A stretch of 64,000 nucleotides of DNA from the human T2T-CHM13v2.0 reference genome, Homo sapiens: the NCBI RefSeq assembly GCF_009914755.1, contig NC_060936.1; one strand, written 5' to 3'. The translations under genes were made by a program, and so were the position numbers. Under the pieces are notes generated by a model, which did no database searches, was not told where the DNA came from, and was given only the letters and a program-made list of their open reading frames with translations. Each line of letters opens with the position of its first letter. Position 1 is the stretch's first letter. Shown in pieces: positions 42,630 to 56,660 of the stretch.

Positions 42630-43400
42630 CCTAATTGCAGGAAAGTATACAAATTTTAGGTTTAAACTCTATAATTTTTTTACAAATTCAGCGGTGGAAT
42701 CACAACCTAAATCAAAATAAAAACATTTCTAGCATTCCAGATGCCTCCCACAATTCCCTATAAGTCAGTATCTACCCTACATACACACTCAACATAGCCA
42801 CTGTTTTTGTTACTATACTTATTTTTTCCTACATTTGAACTTCATATAAATGAAATTATATATGTTGGTGTTTGTTTCTGGTTTTCTTCGCTCAATATTA
42901 TATAATTCAGCTCAGAATAAAAAGTTTGTTCTTTTTTACTATGAGATTCCATTGTAAATATATCACTATTTACCTATTTTACTGTAGACAGACTTTTCTG
43001 CTTTGTCTATTATCAATATTATTGTTTTGAAGATTTCTGTAGATGCATTTGGCAAATGTATTTAAGAATTTCTGTTGGTTGGGAAAATATCTAGGAGTGG
43101 AATTGCTAGGTTATAGAGTATGTGTCTGATTTCTTTTAGTAGTGCCATCAAACTCTCAGTTTACCTTGTTACTCTCAGTGCATAAGAATTTCTATTGCTT
43201 CACAATCTTGCCACTTCTTGGCATTGTAAGGTTTTTTTAAATTGTAACCATTCTGGCAGAGGTGTAATGGTATTCACTGAGGTTCTAACTTGCACTTTCT
43301 TGATGACTAATGAAGTTTACTAGCCTTTTATATCCTTATTGGATATTTTGATATCTTCTTCCAAAATACCTATTCATGACTTCTGCCATTTTAAATTTTA
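42630..43400 (-). mobile_element. Ancient L1ME/MC 3' fragment
   Basis: ttgaacttcatataaatgaaattata; atctaggagtggaattgctaggttatag; tgcactttcttgatgactaatgaag. Confidence 0.75.
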
Positions 43401-45253
43401 CAATAAGAAAAAAAATAAATATAATGCATGTGTGTATGTGTTTTTTTAAGATATGTCATCTTTAAGACAGAGAATCCAAGTTTGCATTGCCTGGCATATC
43501 AGTCTATGACAGCCGGGCTAAAAAAGAGAATGGAAAACCTCATGAGGATATATTTAGAGGGAAAGCTTGAAATTGATTTACAGAACTTATATACACATTA
43601 TATTGATTAAAATTTAATTTGGCTATGTGAATTTTAGCTAGCAAAAAAAGTAATCTTGTTGATTGGGCAGGAAGTAGAGAACACAGGTTTTGTTGAACCA
43701 CCTAGTTGCTATCTGGCACACCATAAAAAACGTTTTATAGAAAAGGCTTTTTTTGAAAGCAAGGCATCTCAGTGTCATAATTGAATCAACCTACCCTGGT
43801 AACACAAGTTTAGAATGTCTCTCTGTTAGAATATAAAACTATTATGCCTCTGTATAACCATTTAAGATTTTGATATTTAAAATACATATTTAATAAATTC
43901 ATTCAATCCAACCTATTTTTACATTGAACTTTTTTTCATATAAATTATTCCTGTATTGATTTCTCAGTCTTTCACAGAATCCCAGAGGTGAAAAAGACCA
44001 CAGAGGTCATCTGGTCCAATCCTTATCCAATGCCTAAATCCCCTCCAGCTGGTTAAACTCATTTTTAATTCTGAAGCTATTCTCCAAGTTTCTAGTCATT
44101 TCATCAGCAAACTTAATTAACAGAGACTCTATTCAATCTATTGACTCATGAGGCCAGCTTAACAATATTAATAAATATATAATTTGGCTGACTGCACAGT
44201 GAGGTGAAAGATGTGGGAGTACTGTGCATTACCTCAATGCCTATAATTTCTTTCACAACATTACCAAGCAATGTTAGAGAATCTGAAATTCACTTTGCTG
44301 TGAAAAAAATGTGTAGTTACAACAGCATGCTATTGAGAAATCAAAAATAAAATATTGTGCTCATAAATTAAAATGTTCTAGGTGGACAAATTAACATTTC
44401 AGATGAACCACAGGAAGCAAAGAACACTTAATTCGGTAACTTTATGAAAGTTTTCTTGAAACTGTACTGTTTTTGGAAAAGTTACTATAGTAATAATAGT
44501 GGCCAAGCTGCTAATCTTGGGTGGCAATATTTGTATAAACGGCATTATGAAAGACATTCTCTAGGGTTGGGCAGTCTATAGACATTTGGTTGTAGCCAGT
44601 CTAATCACAACAAAGAGAAACATAAGTTTAAATGTGTGTTATGTAATGTTTGAAATTTAAGTATAACAAAGATACCATTGAAAAGATCTGACGCCCAGTT
44701 ATGAGATAGATTGAGTGACTTTATTCATATTGATGAATGTGTGCTCCTTTATCATTACCAGTATAATAATTTTCATAGTTCATACCGTATCTAGTGAAGA
44801 TCACCAAGTAATCAATTGCATGTGATCAATTGCATGCCTCTTTTCCGAAAAGAGGCACAATAAAGACCATACAATAATTGATAAGTTTTGTTGAGAATTA
44901 CCAATAATGCAAATTGTGATTATGAAGAAAACCTCATTAACTTTTAAGTTTTGTATTGTTAGAGTTTTTGGTGCCTTCAAAGGTGGCTTTCACAGACACA
45001 AAAAAATTATTCAGAGATCAAATTTGATCTTAAATATTTATAGTTGATTTAATAAAGAAGCTAGTTTTTTCTTAAGATTTTAAGCATAGCTTATAAATAT
45101 TGCTATTTTGATTGTAAGTTTAGCAAATATGAACAATCACTTTTAAGGGGAATTTTGATTGACATTTGATCCTTTTCATAAACTTAGAATGTTAGTTAAC
45201 TTTAAATATTTTAAACTGTAATTATAAACTTTAAAATATTAAATTCCTTCTTT

Positions 45254-45397
45254 TTTATTATACTTTAAGTTTTAGGGTACCTGTGCACAACATGTAGGTA
45301 CATGGATGAAGCTGGAAACCATCATTCTCAGCAAACTATCGCAAGGACAAAAAAACCAAACACCGCATGTTCTCACTCATAGGTGGGAATTGAACAA
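45254..45397 (-). mobile_element. Very short twin-primed (5'-inverted) L1PA insertion with 14-bp TSD
   Basis: Antisense 3' tip (ttattatactttaagttttagggtac..) fused to a sense L1 segment (acatggatgaagctggaaacc...gggaattgaacaa); TSD taaattccttcttt at 45240-45253 and 45398-45411. Confidence 0.95.
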
Positions 45398-45999
45398 TAA
45401 ATTCCTTCTTTATGTACTTCAATTACCTAAGTAACAAAGCTTCTCATTTATTCCAATTAATTTAGGAGTGTCTCCAGAAAGGATCATGTCAGGGTTATTT
45501 TCTTAGTTAACTGATAGGGCTTATCAATCATAAATCTAACATAATCCAGGGCTACCAACTGGGGATGCTCAGAACTCAGGTGTCTTTTGTAGTAGGTGCA
45601 TGATAATTATGGACAATTAAATGAAATTCACCAGAAGATTTTATAGAAAAAAAGAAAAGTATTGTTTATAGAGCACAATACCACAATAGCAACAGTCAAA
45701 ATAGCAAATAAAAATTGCTTGAACCTTATTTTAAGGTTAGCTGTAGAACTACATAAGGAGGTTACATTCTAGACTCGTAAATGAGCATATTTTCTTAGGT
45801 CGTTATTACTATAGATATAATGAAACTATTATAGAAATGATCAGATTGTTTTGGGTCAGAAAGAGGCAGCAAAACTGAAAAACATTCTTATTAAATAATG
45901 CTATTTAATTACAATTTGAATGTGGTGGGAAACCTTTATGTAAAAATAAATGACAAACTATGGTGAATTTGACTGTATTTTATAGTTGGATTATATCAT

Positions 46000-46362
46000 T
46001 GTTGTGGTCTGAAGGTTTGTTTCTACCCAAAAGTCACAGTGGAAACCTAATTACCAATGTGATGGTATTAGGAGGCGGTGTCTTTTGGAGGTGATTAAGT
46101 CACAAGGCAGAGTCCTTTTGAGTAGGATTAGTGCCCATGTAAAAGAGGCCCCAGAGAGCTGCTTTTCTCCTTCCATCATGTGAACATAAGGTAAGAAGGT
46201 GCCCTCTATGCACCAGGAAATGGGCCCTCAACAAACACTGATTTTGTCAAGACCTTTATTTTGGACTTCCCAGTCTCCAGAACTGTGAGAAATAAGTTTC
46301 AGTTGCTTATAAGCTACACAGTTTATGGTATTTTGTTATAGTAGTATCAATAGGCTAAGACC
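46000..46362 (+). mobile_element. MLT1A0-like MaLR solo LTR
   Basis: caatgtgatggtattaggagg; aaaagaggccccagagagct; ttggacttcccagtctccagaactgtgagaaataa; gtttatggtattttgttatag. Confidence 0.9.
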
Positions 46363-46589
46363 AATATTAATATGAATTATTTGTCCATTACGTTTGCTTT
46401 TGATGTATTTTAACAATGATATTTGTGAAAACATGAAAATTTACAGAATGATAGAATATGTTAGTTGGTAAAGAAAAACATGGGATATATAATAATTTAT
46501 TGATTCTTCAAAAGGTTCATTTGTTGAGAAAAATAGGGGTTAAATTTGTATGAAAAAAGACTGTGAATGGTAACCCACATTAAGGTTAT

Positions 46590-47770
46590 TGTATACACTA
46601 TTTTTCTTCAATATTGTTTAGCTATTTTCTCCCTGCATCTTCACATCATTTAAAAAATCAGTTTGTCAAATGTAAAGAAAAATATATTCTGAGTTATTAA
46701 CTGAAATTTCATTGAAATTATATACCACTTTGGCAGAAATTAATATTATTGAGCATTCCAATTCATGAAATTCTGTTAAACTATTTGTGAATTACTTGTA
46801 CATCACAATAAGGGTTTATAGTTTTGTGTGTACATTTATTTTCTGTATTTTGATTTCTTTTTGTGGTTTATGCTTTAGATCTAGCATACTAACCTATCTT
46901 CCAGTGAATCCTTCCTTGAGCTATGTCTAATATGCTATCACATTTATCTGAGTTATTTATTTTTGATATTTCATTTATTGTATTCTTCAGTTCTGGATTT
47001 TCTAAGGTTTTCAGAGTAATTCTGCTTCATAGATCCCAGGTATATGCTGACTTAACCTTATATATCTCAGTTTTCTTTAACATGTTAACCATAGCTATTT
47101 TGGAGTCCATGCTTGGTATCTCCAATATTGGAATCTCCCGTAGGTGTTTTTCTTTTTCACTTCTGTTTGTGGTAATTTGGTATTTTTGGCTGATGTGTCA
47201 GGCAATGTTTGATTGAATGCTGAGTATCATGTATAAAAGGTTATATACATAATTTGAGTATTTTGAAGATATTATCTTTCTTCAGTGGGGAATTTCCCTT
47301 TCCTCTGGCAGTAGTTAGACTTGGAGAATATTATGTAAGCCAAACACAGATTAAATTTATTTGAGGTTGAGTTTGTTATTGTAAAGACTCTCTATTCCTG
47401 GCTCTCCATTAATTCTCTGGTGTAACCTTTCAAGCATCTCAGTTGAAAATTTGGAGATTTTCCCATGCCCTTACCTCATTGATAGCCTCTATTTTTTTTT
47501 TCTTCCAAGCCCCTTGAAATTGCTAAAAGCTACTCAGTGGCGCATACATCACTAATGTGCTCATGAATGCTTCAAAGACGAAAGATGTACTAAGTGTCAG
47601 ATTGTCCCTCTGCATTTTTCTTTAAGACCTTGGCTGTAAGTTTGGATACCTTCGTGGCTCTCCCATGCCTTCAAACTGATGTTTTTAATATATATTCAAC
47701 ATGTTTTATGTTGTTATCGGTGAAGGGGTTGGACTGATATAAGCTAGTTTATTATAGCCAGAATTAGAAG
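46590..47770 (-). mobile_element. Ancient L1M/HAL1-like fragments
   Basis: aaaatcagtttgtcaaat; gctatgtctaatatgcta; catagctattttggagtcc; tgccttcaaactgatg. Confidence 0.5.
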
Positions 47771-48883
47771 TGGCACTCTTCCCTCTTCATTTGAAAAAAA
47801 TCTTTAGAGAATATTTACATGAGATAGTCAAAGTGACTAAGAAGTGAATCCTAGACAATCTTGGCAACTTTTTGCAGCTTCATTGTCTAACAAGAAGATG
47901 CACATTAAAATTTCCTTTAGTGATGATCTGTTTTATGCCACCTTTTTGACAGTACTCTGAGTATTTCTCTTCTGTGATCACATTAACCTGCTCATCAACT
48001 GGTAAAAATCTCTTGCCATTTTTTCCCATATACTAAATTTATACTGTGTCTAAAGTGACATTAATTTTAAGAAATACCATGTTCTATATCACAATATAAA
48101 GAAAAAATTCTATCAATTATAATTGTAAGGTGACAAAGATTGTTTAAATGCTTCTTGATTTCCAAAATGGCCATATAGTAATATAAAACTACATAATATA
48201 AAATTTCAAATAGTAAACAGTTTTTTAAGATTAAACTTAATATCTCAAAATATTGGCAAAGGAGGAAATTTGCCTGTCATAACAATCTGATATACAATGT
48301 GGGTTTTTCTCCAGTCATATTTCTGCAGTTGACAGGCATATTAAAAAGTACATTAATTAGTGGAAGACATAAGAAACTTTGAAAAATTATTTTATAATAA
48401 TATAAAATGTTTTTATTTAAAAATATGTGAACACAGACATATTACATAACAGGGTACACAAAATTTTTAACACGACATATGTAAAGTTATTTTGTATGAG
48501 AATTACTAATTGTGAGTAATGGATAAATTTTGCATCCTTTTACCAATTCTTCAAAGTAGAAGTCCTTTAATACATATTGAGTGCTGGATATTTAAATGTT
48601 ACTATATTACTGATAAATGAAAATATTTCTGAAACAGGAATGAAAAAGAAGGACATTGTAAGCATGCATATACCTTTTCAGTTTCTGAGTTTCATTAATT
48701 CAAGTATTTAGTGTCACTGTGTTGAAGCAGTGAGATAAACACTTAAATTACAGTTCTCCCTGGTACTGATGATACAGCTCAAGATGTATAACACACAATA
48801 ATTGGAGAATCAAGAGAGTAAATATCTCATTTAAAAATATATGATGCAGGGCATAATGGGAAGAACAACATGATAAGACTATC

Positions 48884-49140
48884 CAGAGATCACATATTGA
48901 GAGAGGAGGCGAGAGAGAGGGGGAAGGTGGCAGGCTTTTTTTTAACAGCCAACTTTTGGGGAAACTCTCATGGGAACTGATAAGAGGGGGAGAACTCATT
49001 CATTACCTTGAGGATGTCACCAAGCCATTCATGAGGGATCTATCACCATCATCCAAACACTTCCCGTTAGGCCTCACCTCCAAAACTGGGGATCAAATTT
49101 CAACATGAGGTTTGGAGGATCAAATATCCAAAGTACAGCA
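48884..49140 (-). mobile_element. MSTB-like LTR, 5' part only
   Basis: cagagatcacat...caagccattcatgagggatc...gatcaaatttcaacatgagg...caaatatccaaagtacagca. Confidence 0.88.
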
Positions 49141-49269
49141 ATGAGATACTGCAGGTATTTTCTGAGACTTGTTGGTAATTAAATTTGTCCCATGTAGTAG
49201 CAAAGCTTTTGTTCCAAGAACCATGCAATACTGCTGAAAATTTGTTATCCTCATCTGTGGTTTCATCAT

Positions 49270-49510
49270 AAGAACTGATACTTATTTATTAAGGGTTTTA
49301 TAAGTATGAGATACACTTTAGTGTCTTTACATGTAGGAACTCATTTGTTGTCCACCACAATCCAGTTAAATAGCCTCCACCACTTCTTATACCATTTAAC
49401 AGATAAGTAAATTGGCTGCAAATATTGAAATACCTTGTTTCTATTCATACAAGTAGAAACAGTGAAGCTGAGATTCAATGGATAAGTCCAGAGCCTGAAT
49501 TGAGAACCTG
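49270..49510 (-). mobile_element. MIR SINE
   Basis: ctttacatgtaggaactcatttg...ccatttaacagataagtaaattg...gctgagattcaa. Confidence 0.6.
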
Positions 49511-49517
49511 TGTTCTA

Positions 49518-49670
49518 AGTTGTTGCCACTCAAGTGCAGCCCATGAACAATAAGTGACTGCATTATCTTAGAGCACGCTGGAAATGCAAACATGTTAGTT
49601 CTCACTTGGATCTGAATTTTAACAACATTGGCAAGTGATTTATAGGCACATAAAAATTTGAGAAGTACTG
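49518..49670. mobile_element. MER5-type hAT DNA transposon remnant
   Basis: gaaatgcaaa...tctgaattttaacaa...gtgatttataggcacataaaaatttgagaagtactg. Confidence 0.7.
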
Positions 49671-51479
49671 CACACTGCTTCTGCACCCAAGGCTTTTTTT
49701 GCGGGTGAGTTCATTCTGGGTTAAAAGTCTAAATTGCCTTATGTTCATAAAACCTTTGTTACACGTGGTTTTTCAGTTATGGACAGTTAATACCTAAATC
49801 GATAAATGTGGATAAAAATTTAAAAACTCACTTTGGATATTTTGCCTGCAGCATAAAATGTTTCTCATGCTTCTGCTTCACACATTCAACTAGGGACACC
49901 ATAATTGGAGGCTATACAGCTCAAGAGATACATGACCAAAAAATATAGCACTGCTGTTTCCCAGAGGATGAGAAAAATATCATTGGATATAAGAGAAATA
50001 TTTAAGGTGGTAGATGGACAAGGGGTCACACATCAAAGACAAAGCATAACTCCATTTTAAATTATCTTTCAATCCTCTGATCAAGATCAGGTATTTTTGA
50101 TACTGTTTATTGCTCTTAACAGTTTTCTATCACTGCACTTTATATAAAAGGAAATAGAGAAATGGCTTTCGCACAGGCAATTATAACAAAGTAGAAGTAG
50201 GAATTTTTGTTTGGCTTTTGTTCCATTTTTACTTCTAATCACTTTATATTGATAAAGTACATTAGATTTGAAACTTCCTTTAAAATACATTCTAAGTAAA
50301 TACATTCGTCAATTAAAATAATCAAGAAGATAATAGTATAGTCGATACATGCATGTGGCCAAAACTGATGGATGTGTGTTAATACTGAAGATTAACATCA
50401 CTGATGTGTAGAATAATTAGTTTTTTAAATCGTAGAGAGCTAAGCGCATAAATGCAAGAATTTTAAAGAGTTTTAAACAAGTATAAGGATCCTTTTCAAT
50501 TGATAGCTCTTTTATTATCCTTTATTTATAGTAGTGTGTTAGCTGAATGCCCTTCTAGGAAGGGAAGGGTCTGGGTCATCCTATGACTCCCGACTCTTCC
50601 CTCCCACCACCATGACAGCTGGCTGGCGGGAGGAACATGACAACGTTGTTGGTTGCAATTGGGACCCTATATTTCCTTTTGACAGGAGCACAGATTTCCC
50701 CTCTCTGGGAAGATCCCTAAAGACGGAAGCTAGTGAGTACTCTGCCTCAGCCCTCCTGCATTCCTGAGCTTGTCCCTTTGGGAGGAGGACCAAGAAATTC
50801 CAGGATGAGACAGAGGTACAGGATACATGACATAAAACCTCTTATTAAAAAGTCTATACAAACATTAACAACATATGTCAGTATTATTAAGGGAAAAATT
50901 ATCTTTGCCATACATTGGTACTAAATAGAGTAAGGGGAAGTTTGGATTGTAACTCATAATCTTTTTCTTTTTTTAATCCAATGCACATTTAAATAACAAC
51001 TAACTCCTCCTGAGAGTCACTAAGATCTATAAATCACTATATTTTTTAATGCTGAGGAAAAGAAAAGATTACCTCTAAGTGCTTCAAATCCCAGCAGTGT
51101 TTTTAATGAACCAAGTGTGTTTTAAATCAATACTTAAGCTGTGAGGTTTGTATTTTTTTATGGTGTTGCTTTTAGATTTCTGTGCCTACAAAGAGATAAT
51201 AGCAAATGTCATGCTTGAAGAAAGGAAGTGACTTAGATGCCACAAATCAATAGGAAGCATTGTTCAGCTAACTATGGCAGATAAAAGTGAAAACAAATGC
51301 AATTTTCCAATCTTAAAGAAATCATTATTATGATACATCATGTGCATTTGGACATTGGAAACAGTAGCCTCTGAGCCTGGAGCTTTAGCATATTTATAGA
51401 AATCTTTTCAGGCTAATAAGAGTTGTGTATAATGCATTCCAAAACATTAAACCTGTCTTTAATTGTTAATCTCATTTAT

Positions 51480-51660
51480 TTGTAGACAATATTATTGTGT
51501 ACAAAGTGCTTTTACCTCCCATTATATTGTTTAAATCTCAGAATAACCCCGACAGGCAAAGTGGGTTTTTACTATATTCATCCTACAGATGGAAAATGGG
51601 AGACTCAAAAATAATCAATTAGCCTAAGGTCATGCAGAGTGGTGGCAGAGCACTATGGGG
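51480..51660 (-). mobile_element. MIR SINE
   Basis: tctcagaataaccc...tacagatggaaaatgggagactca...gcctaaggtcatgcag. Confidence 0.7.
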
Positions 51661-52029
51661 TGCATAATTCATGTAGAGTGTGAGGAGAGAGAATCCAATC
51701 CGTCTGTATTTCCTAGTCAAAAGCTTCTCAATGGTTATATTAAAGGGAAGGCTCTAAAAAAGGTTGCACTCAGTTTCAAATAAAGAACTAATTAGATGCA
51801 AATTAAACTCTTTAAATCTAATTTACTCAATATTAATTTATTCAACTAATATTTATTGTGTGTCTACTGTATGCTAGTCATGCTTCTGACACTGTGAATA
51901 AAATCCAAGAGAGTAGCAATCCCTGAGTTTGGGAAATTTGTAGTCTATGGTTAAGAATTTTTCCTGAATATTTATATCCAGGCTTCCGATTGAGTGGTTT
52001 GGCATTATGCGTTTATTTTTGTTGTTGTT

Positions 52030-55000
52030 GTATTTTATTTTTAATTGGGACATAATAATTGTACATATTTATGGGGTATGGTGTGATGTTTCAATATAAG
52101 CATACATTGTATGATGATCAAGTCATGGTATTTGGCATATCCATTACTTCAAATATAGATCATTTCCTTGTGGTGAGAACATTTCAAATTCTCTCTTCTA
52201 GTTATTTTGAAACATACAATATTGTTAACTGGAGTCACCCTCCTGTGCAATAAAACACCGGAATGTATTCCTCCTATTTAACTTATACTCATTAAACAAT
52301 TTTTTCCCCATTCCATGCATACCCCCGCCCTGCATTGTGCCTTATCCCTGGTAACCACTGTTCTATTCTATGCTTCTATAAGATCAGCTTTTTTAGATTA
52401 CACAAATGCATGAGATCATGGGTTATTTCTCTTTCTGTGCCTGGCTTATTTCAATTAACATAATGTCCTGTAGGTTCATTTACATTGCCACAAATGACAG
52501 TATTTCATTTTTTTTCCCCTATGGCTGTATAGCATTCCATGCTGTTTGTGTTGTATGTAAATATTGTGTATGTTTATCACATTTTCTTTATCCATTCATC
52601 CATTGGTGGACATTAGGTTGAATCCATATGTTGGCTATTTCATACCTTGCTGCAGTAAACAAGGGTGTGCAGATGTCTCCTCAACATAATTTTCTTTGGA
52701 TAAATATTCAGTAGTGAGATTGCTGGATTACATGGTAGTTCTATTTTTAATTTTTTTAGGAATTTCCATACTATTTTCCATAATGACTATACTAATTTAC
52801 ATTTCCACCAATAGTGTATGAGGATTCCCATTTCTCCACATCCATGGCTGCATTTGTTATTTTTTGTCTTTTTGATAATAACCATTTTAATTTGAGGGAG
52901 GTGATATTTCATTGTGGTTTTGATTTGCATTTGCCTGATTATTAGTGATGATGAGCATTTTTTCATGTACCTTTTGGCCATTTGTATATCTTTTGAGAAA
53001 GGTCTATTCAGGTTTTTTGCCCGTTCTTAAATTTGATTTTTTAATTTTTTACTACTGAGTTGAGTTTCTTATATATTCGGGATATTAACCCCTTTTCACA
53101 TACATAGCTTGCAAACATTGTCTCCCATTCTGTGGGTTGGCTCTTTATTCTGTTGATTGTTTTGTTGTGCAGAAGCTGTTTTGTTTGATATAATCTTATT
53201 TTTATTTTTTGTGACTTATTCCATTGAGTTCTTTATCCAAAAAAATATTGGCCCAGACCAATGTCATGAAATGTTTCTTTGATGTTTTCTTCCAGCAGTT
53301 TTATAGTTTCAGGTTTTACATTTAAGTTTTTAATTCATTTTGACTTGATTTTTATGTCTGGTGAGAGATAGGTTTCTATTTTCACTCTTCTGCATGTGGA
53401 TGGATTTATTTTGTGTTATCTATTCTGTTCCATTGGTCTATTTTTATGCCAATACCATACTATTTCAGTTACTATATTTTTGTAGTGTATTTTAAAGTCA
53501 GATACCATGATTGCCTCCAGCTTTGTTCTTTTTGCTTAGGGGTGCTTTGACTATTTTGTGTCTTTTGTAGTTCCATACAAATTTTAGGATTTTTTTTCTA
53601 CTTCGAGAAATGTCATTGGTATTTTAAGAGAGATTACATTAAATCTGTAGATTGCTTTGCATCTGTAGATCACTTTGAATACTACAAACATTTTAGCAAT
53701 ATTCTTCCAATCCATGAACATAAAATATCTATTTATTTATATTCTCTTCAATTTTTTACATAAATATTTTATTTTCATTTTAGAGATCTTTAATGTTAGA
53801 GATCATTTTAGGTTAAATTTATTCCTAGGTATATTACTTAATTTTTTGTAGGTATTGTAAATAATATTTTCTTGATTTATTTTTCAGATTGTGTACACAG
53901 AAATACTACTAATTTTTGAGTTGGTTTGTTGATTTTGTATCCTACAACTTTACTGAATTCATTTATTAGCTCTAATTTTTGTGTGTGCGTGTGTGAAGTC
54001 CTTTCCAATTTGGATCCCTTTTATTTCCTTCTCTTATCTAATTGTTTTGGTTAGGGCTTCTGGTACTATATTAAATAAGCATGGTAAAAGTGAGCATCTT
54101 TGTCTTGTCCCAGGTCTCAGGAAAAGCTTTCAACTTTTTCTCAATCAGTATGATCTTAACTTTGGGTATGTCATACATGGTCTTTATTGTGTTCAGGTAA
54201 AATACATTCCTTTTATACACAATTTGTAGAGAGTTTTTATCATAAAGGTGTATTGAATTTTATCAAATGCTTTCTATGCATCTACTAAAAAGATCATATG
54301 ATTTTTATACTTGATTCTGTCAACATGATGTAGCATATGAATTTGTTTGCATATTTTGAACTATCCTAGCATTCCTCCGATGAATCCCACTTGGTCATGG
54401 TAAATGACCTTTTGAATATGCTGTTGAATTTGGTTTGCTAGTGTTGTGTTTAGGATTGTTACGTATATGCTTATCAGAGATGTTGGCCTGTAGTTCCTTT
54501 TTTTGTTATGTCCTTGCTTGATTTTCGTATCAGGATGCTGCTAGCCTTGTAGAATGATTTTGGAAGAATTTACTGTTCATCAACTTTTTTTGGAATAGTT
54601 TGTAAGTAATTGGTATTAGTCCTTTAAATGTTTGGTAGAATTTATCAGTGAAGCCATCAGATCCTGGGCTTTTCTTTGATGGGAAACATTTTGTTACTGA
54701 TTCAATCTTGGTATTTTAAGAGGGTGCATTGTATATGTAGTAGATCAGTGCAATCTTGTTACCCATTGCTCTGTTCAGATATTCAACTTCCTTATGAATC
54801 AAATTTTGTAAGTTTATATGTACAGGAATTAATTTCTTCTAGGTTTTTCAATTTATGAGTGTATACAATAATAATAATCTCTTATGATCTTTTGTATTTC
54901 TGTGATATCAGTTGAAATGTCTTCTTTTCCAGGTCTGGATTTATTTATTTGAATCTTGACCTGATTTGTTCTGTGTCCCCACCCAAATCTCATCTTGAAT

Positions 55001-56355
55001 TGTACTCTCATAATTCTCACGTGTTGTGGGAGGAACCCAGTGGGAGATAATTGAATCATGAGGGTGGTTTCTCTCATACTGTTCTCATGGTAGTGATTAA
55101 GTCTCAAAAGATCTGATGATTTTATCAGGGGTTTCTGCTTTTGCATCTTCCTCATTCTCTCTTTGCCTGCTGCCATCCATGTAAGATGGGACTTGCTCCT
55201 CCTTGCTTTCAGCCATGATTGTGAGGCTTCCCCAGCCATGTGGAACTGTAAGTCCAATTAAACCTCTTTCTTTTGTAAATTACCCAGTCTCAGGTATGTC
55301 TTTATCGGCAGTTTGAAAACGAAGTAATACAAATCTTTTCCTTTTTTTTTTTAAGTCTAGCTAAAGGTTTGTTGATTTTACTTAACTTGCCCCAAAAACA
55401 GCCCTTTGCTTTGTTAATCTTTTGTATTTTTAGTGTCTATTTTATTTCTGCTCTAATTTTTATTTTTTTCTTTTACTATTTTTGAATTTATTTATTTTTA
55501 ATATCTTAAGGTATAACGTTAGGTTGTTTATTTGAGATTTTTAAAAATTATTTGATATAGCTGTAAACATCCCTCTAAGAGCTGTTTTTATTGTATCCCA
55601 TAGGTTTGGTCTGTTATATTTCCTTTTCCACTTGTCTCAAGAAACGTTTAATTTCCTTTTTAATGTATTCATTTATCCCTTTGTTAGTCAGGAGTGTGTT
55701 GTTTAGTTTCCAGGTAGTTGTGTTGTTTCCAAAGTTGTTTCTGTTATTGATTTCCAGTTTCATGCCATTATGGTCTGAAAAGACTCTTGATATGACTTTG
55801 AATTTTTAAAATTTGTTGAGACTTCTTTTGGGACCTAACATATTATCTATCCTGGAGAAAGTTTCATGTGCAGCTACATTCTACATCTTTTAGATAAAAT
55901 GTTCTGTAAATGTTTGATATGTCCATTTGATCCACAGGGCAGGTTTAAATCCAATGTTCCTTTGTTTATTTTCTGTTTGGATGATCTGTCCATTGCTAAA
56001 AGTGGGATGCTGAAGTCCCCCACTATTTTGTATTGCAAGCTATCTCTTCCTTTAGGTATAATATATACATTTGGGTGCTCTGGCATTGCGTGAATAAGTA
56101 TTTGAAATTGACATATCTTCTTGCTGAATTGACCCCTCCCTTCATCATTATATAATGACTATCTTTGTCTCTTTTTACATTTTTTGAGTTAGTCTGTTTT
56201 ATCTGACACAAATATTGCTTACTCCTGCTCTCTTTCGGTTTCCATTTGCATGAGATATTATTTTCTATCTCTACTTTCAGTCTATGTGAGTCCTTATAGG
56301 CAAAGTGACTCTCCTGTAGCCAGAATATAGTTTGGTCTTAGTTTTATTATTTATT
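52030..56355 (-). mobile_element. L1MA (L1MA4/5-like), ~4 kb, 5'-truncated, with internal deletions; interrupted by a THE1B LTR
   Basis: 3' end taataattgtacatatttatggggta...gtggtgagaacatttcaaattctctcttctag; ORF2p pieces in the ORF track (52787-52981, 55874-56086, 56023-56211). Confidence 0.92.
54957..55331 (+). mobile_element. THE1B solo LTR with perfect 5-bp TSD aatct
   Basis: ctgtgtccccacccaaatctcatcttgaattgta...atcaggggtttctgcttttgc...taataca; TSD at 54952-54956 and 55332-55336. Confidence 0.95.
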
Positions 56356-56384
56356 CAGCTTGTATGTTCAAATTTCAAATTGAT

Positions 56385-56660
56385 AAATTTAAACCACAAT
56401 TCTACTTTGAAAAATTTACCATAAAAAATATTAGACAGACACACAAAAGTTATACATTGGATGTTCTCAGAATTTCATAGTAAAAAAAAAAATAGAAATA
56501 TATTTTGATCAGTATAAGATTAAATGTTTTATGATACAATCTCACAGGGCAATATTATTTAACTATTATAAATATTTTGATAGTTATGGATATTAAAAGC
56601 TGCTCAAAATGTATTTCTAACAAATGCGTTAGAGAATGTGTCTATTGTTTTGTCAAATTT
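56385..56660 (+). mobile_element. Ancient L1ME 3' fragment
   Basis: caattctactttgaaaaatttacc...ggatgttctcag...aaatag. Confidence 0.45.

Noticed and set aside
50535-50810. GC-richer island as a promoter
   Set aside because: Few CpGs and no core promoter evidence; more likely an old ERVL LTR remnant that I cannot assign
53390-54010. Abrupt jumps within L1MA (near 53400 and 54000)
   Set aside because: Ordinary microhomology-flanked internal deletions in a decayed L1
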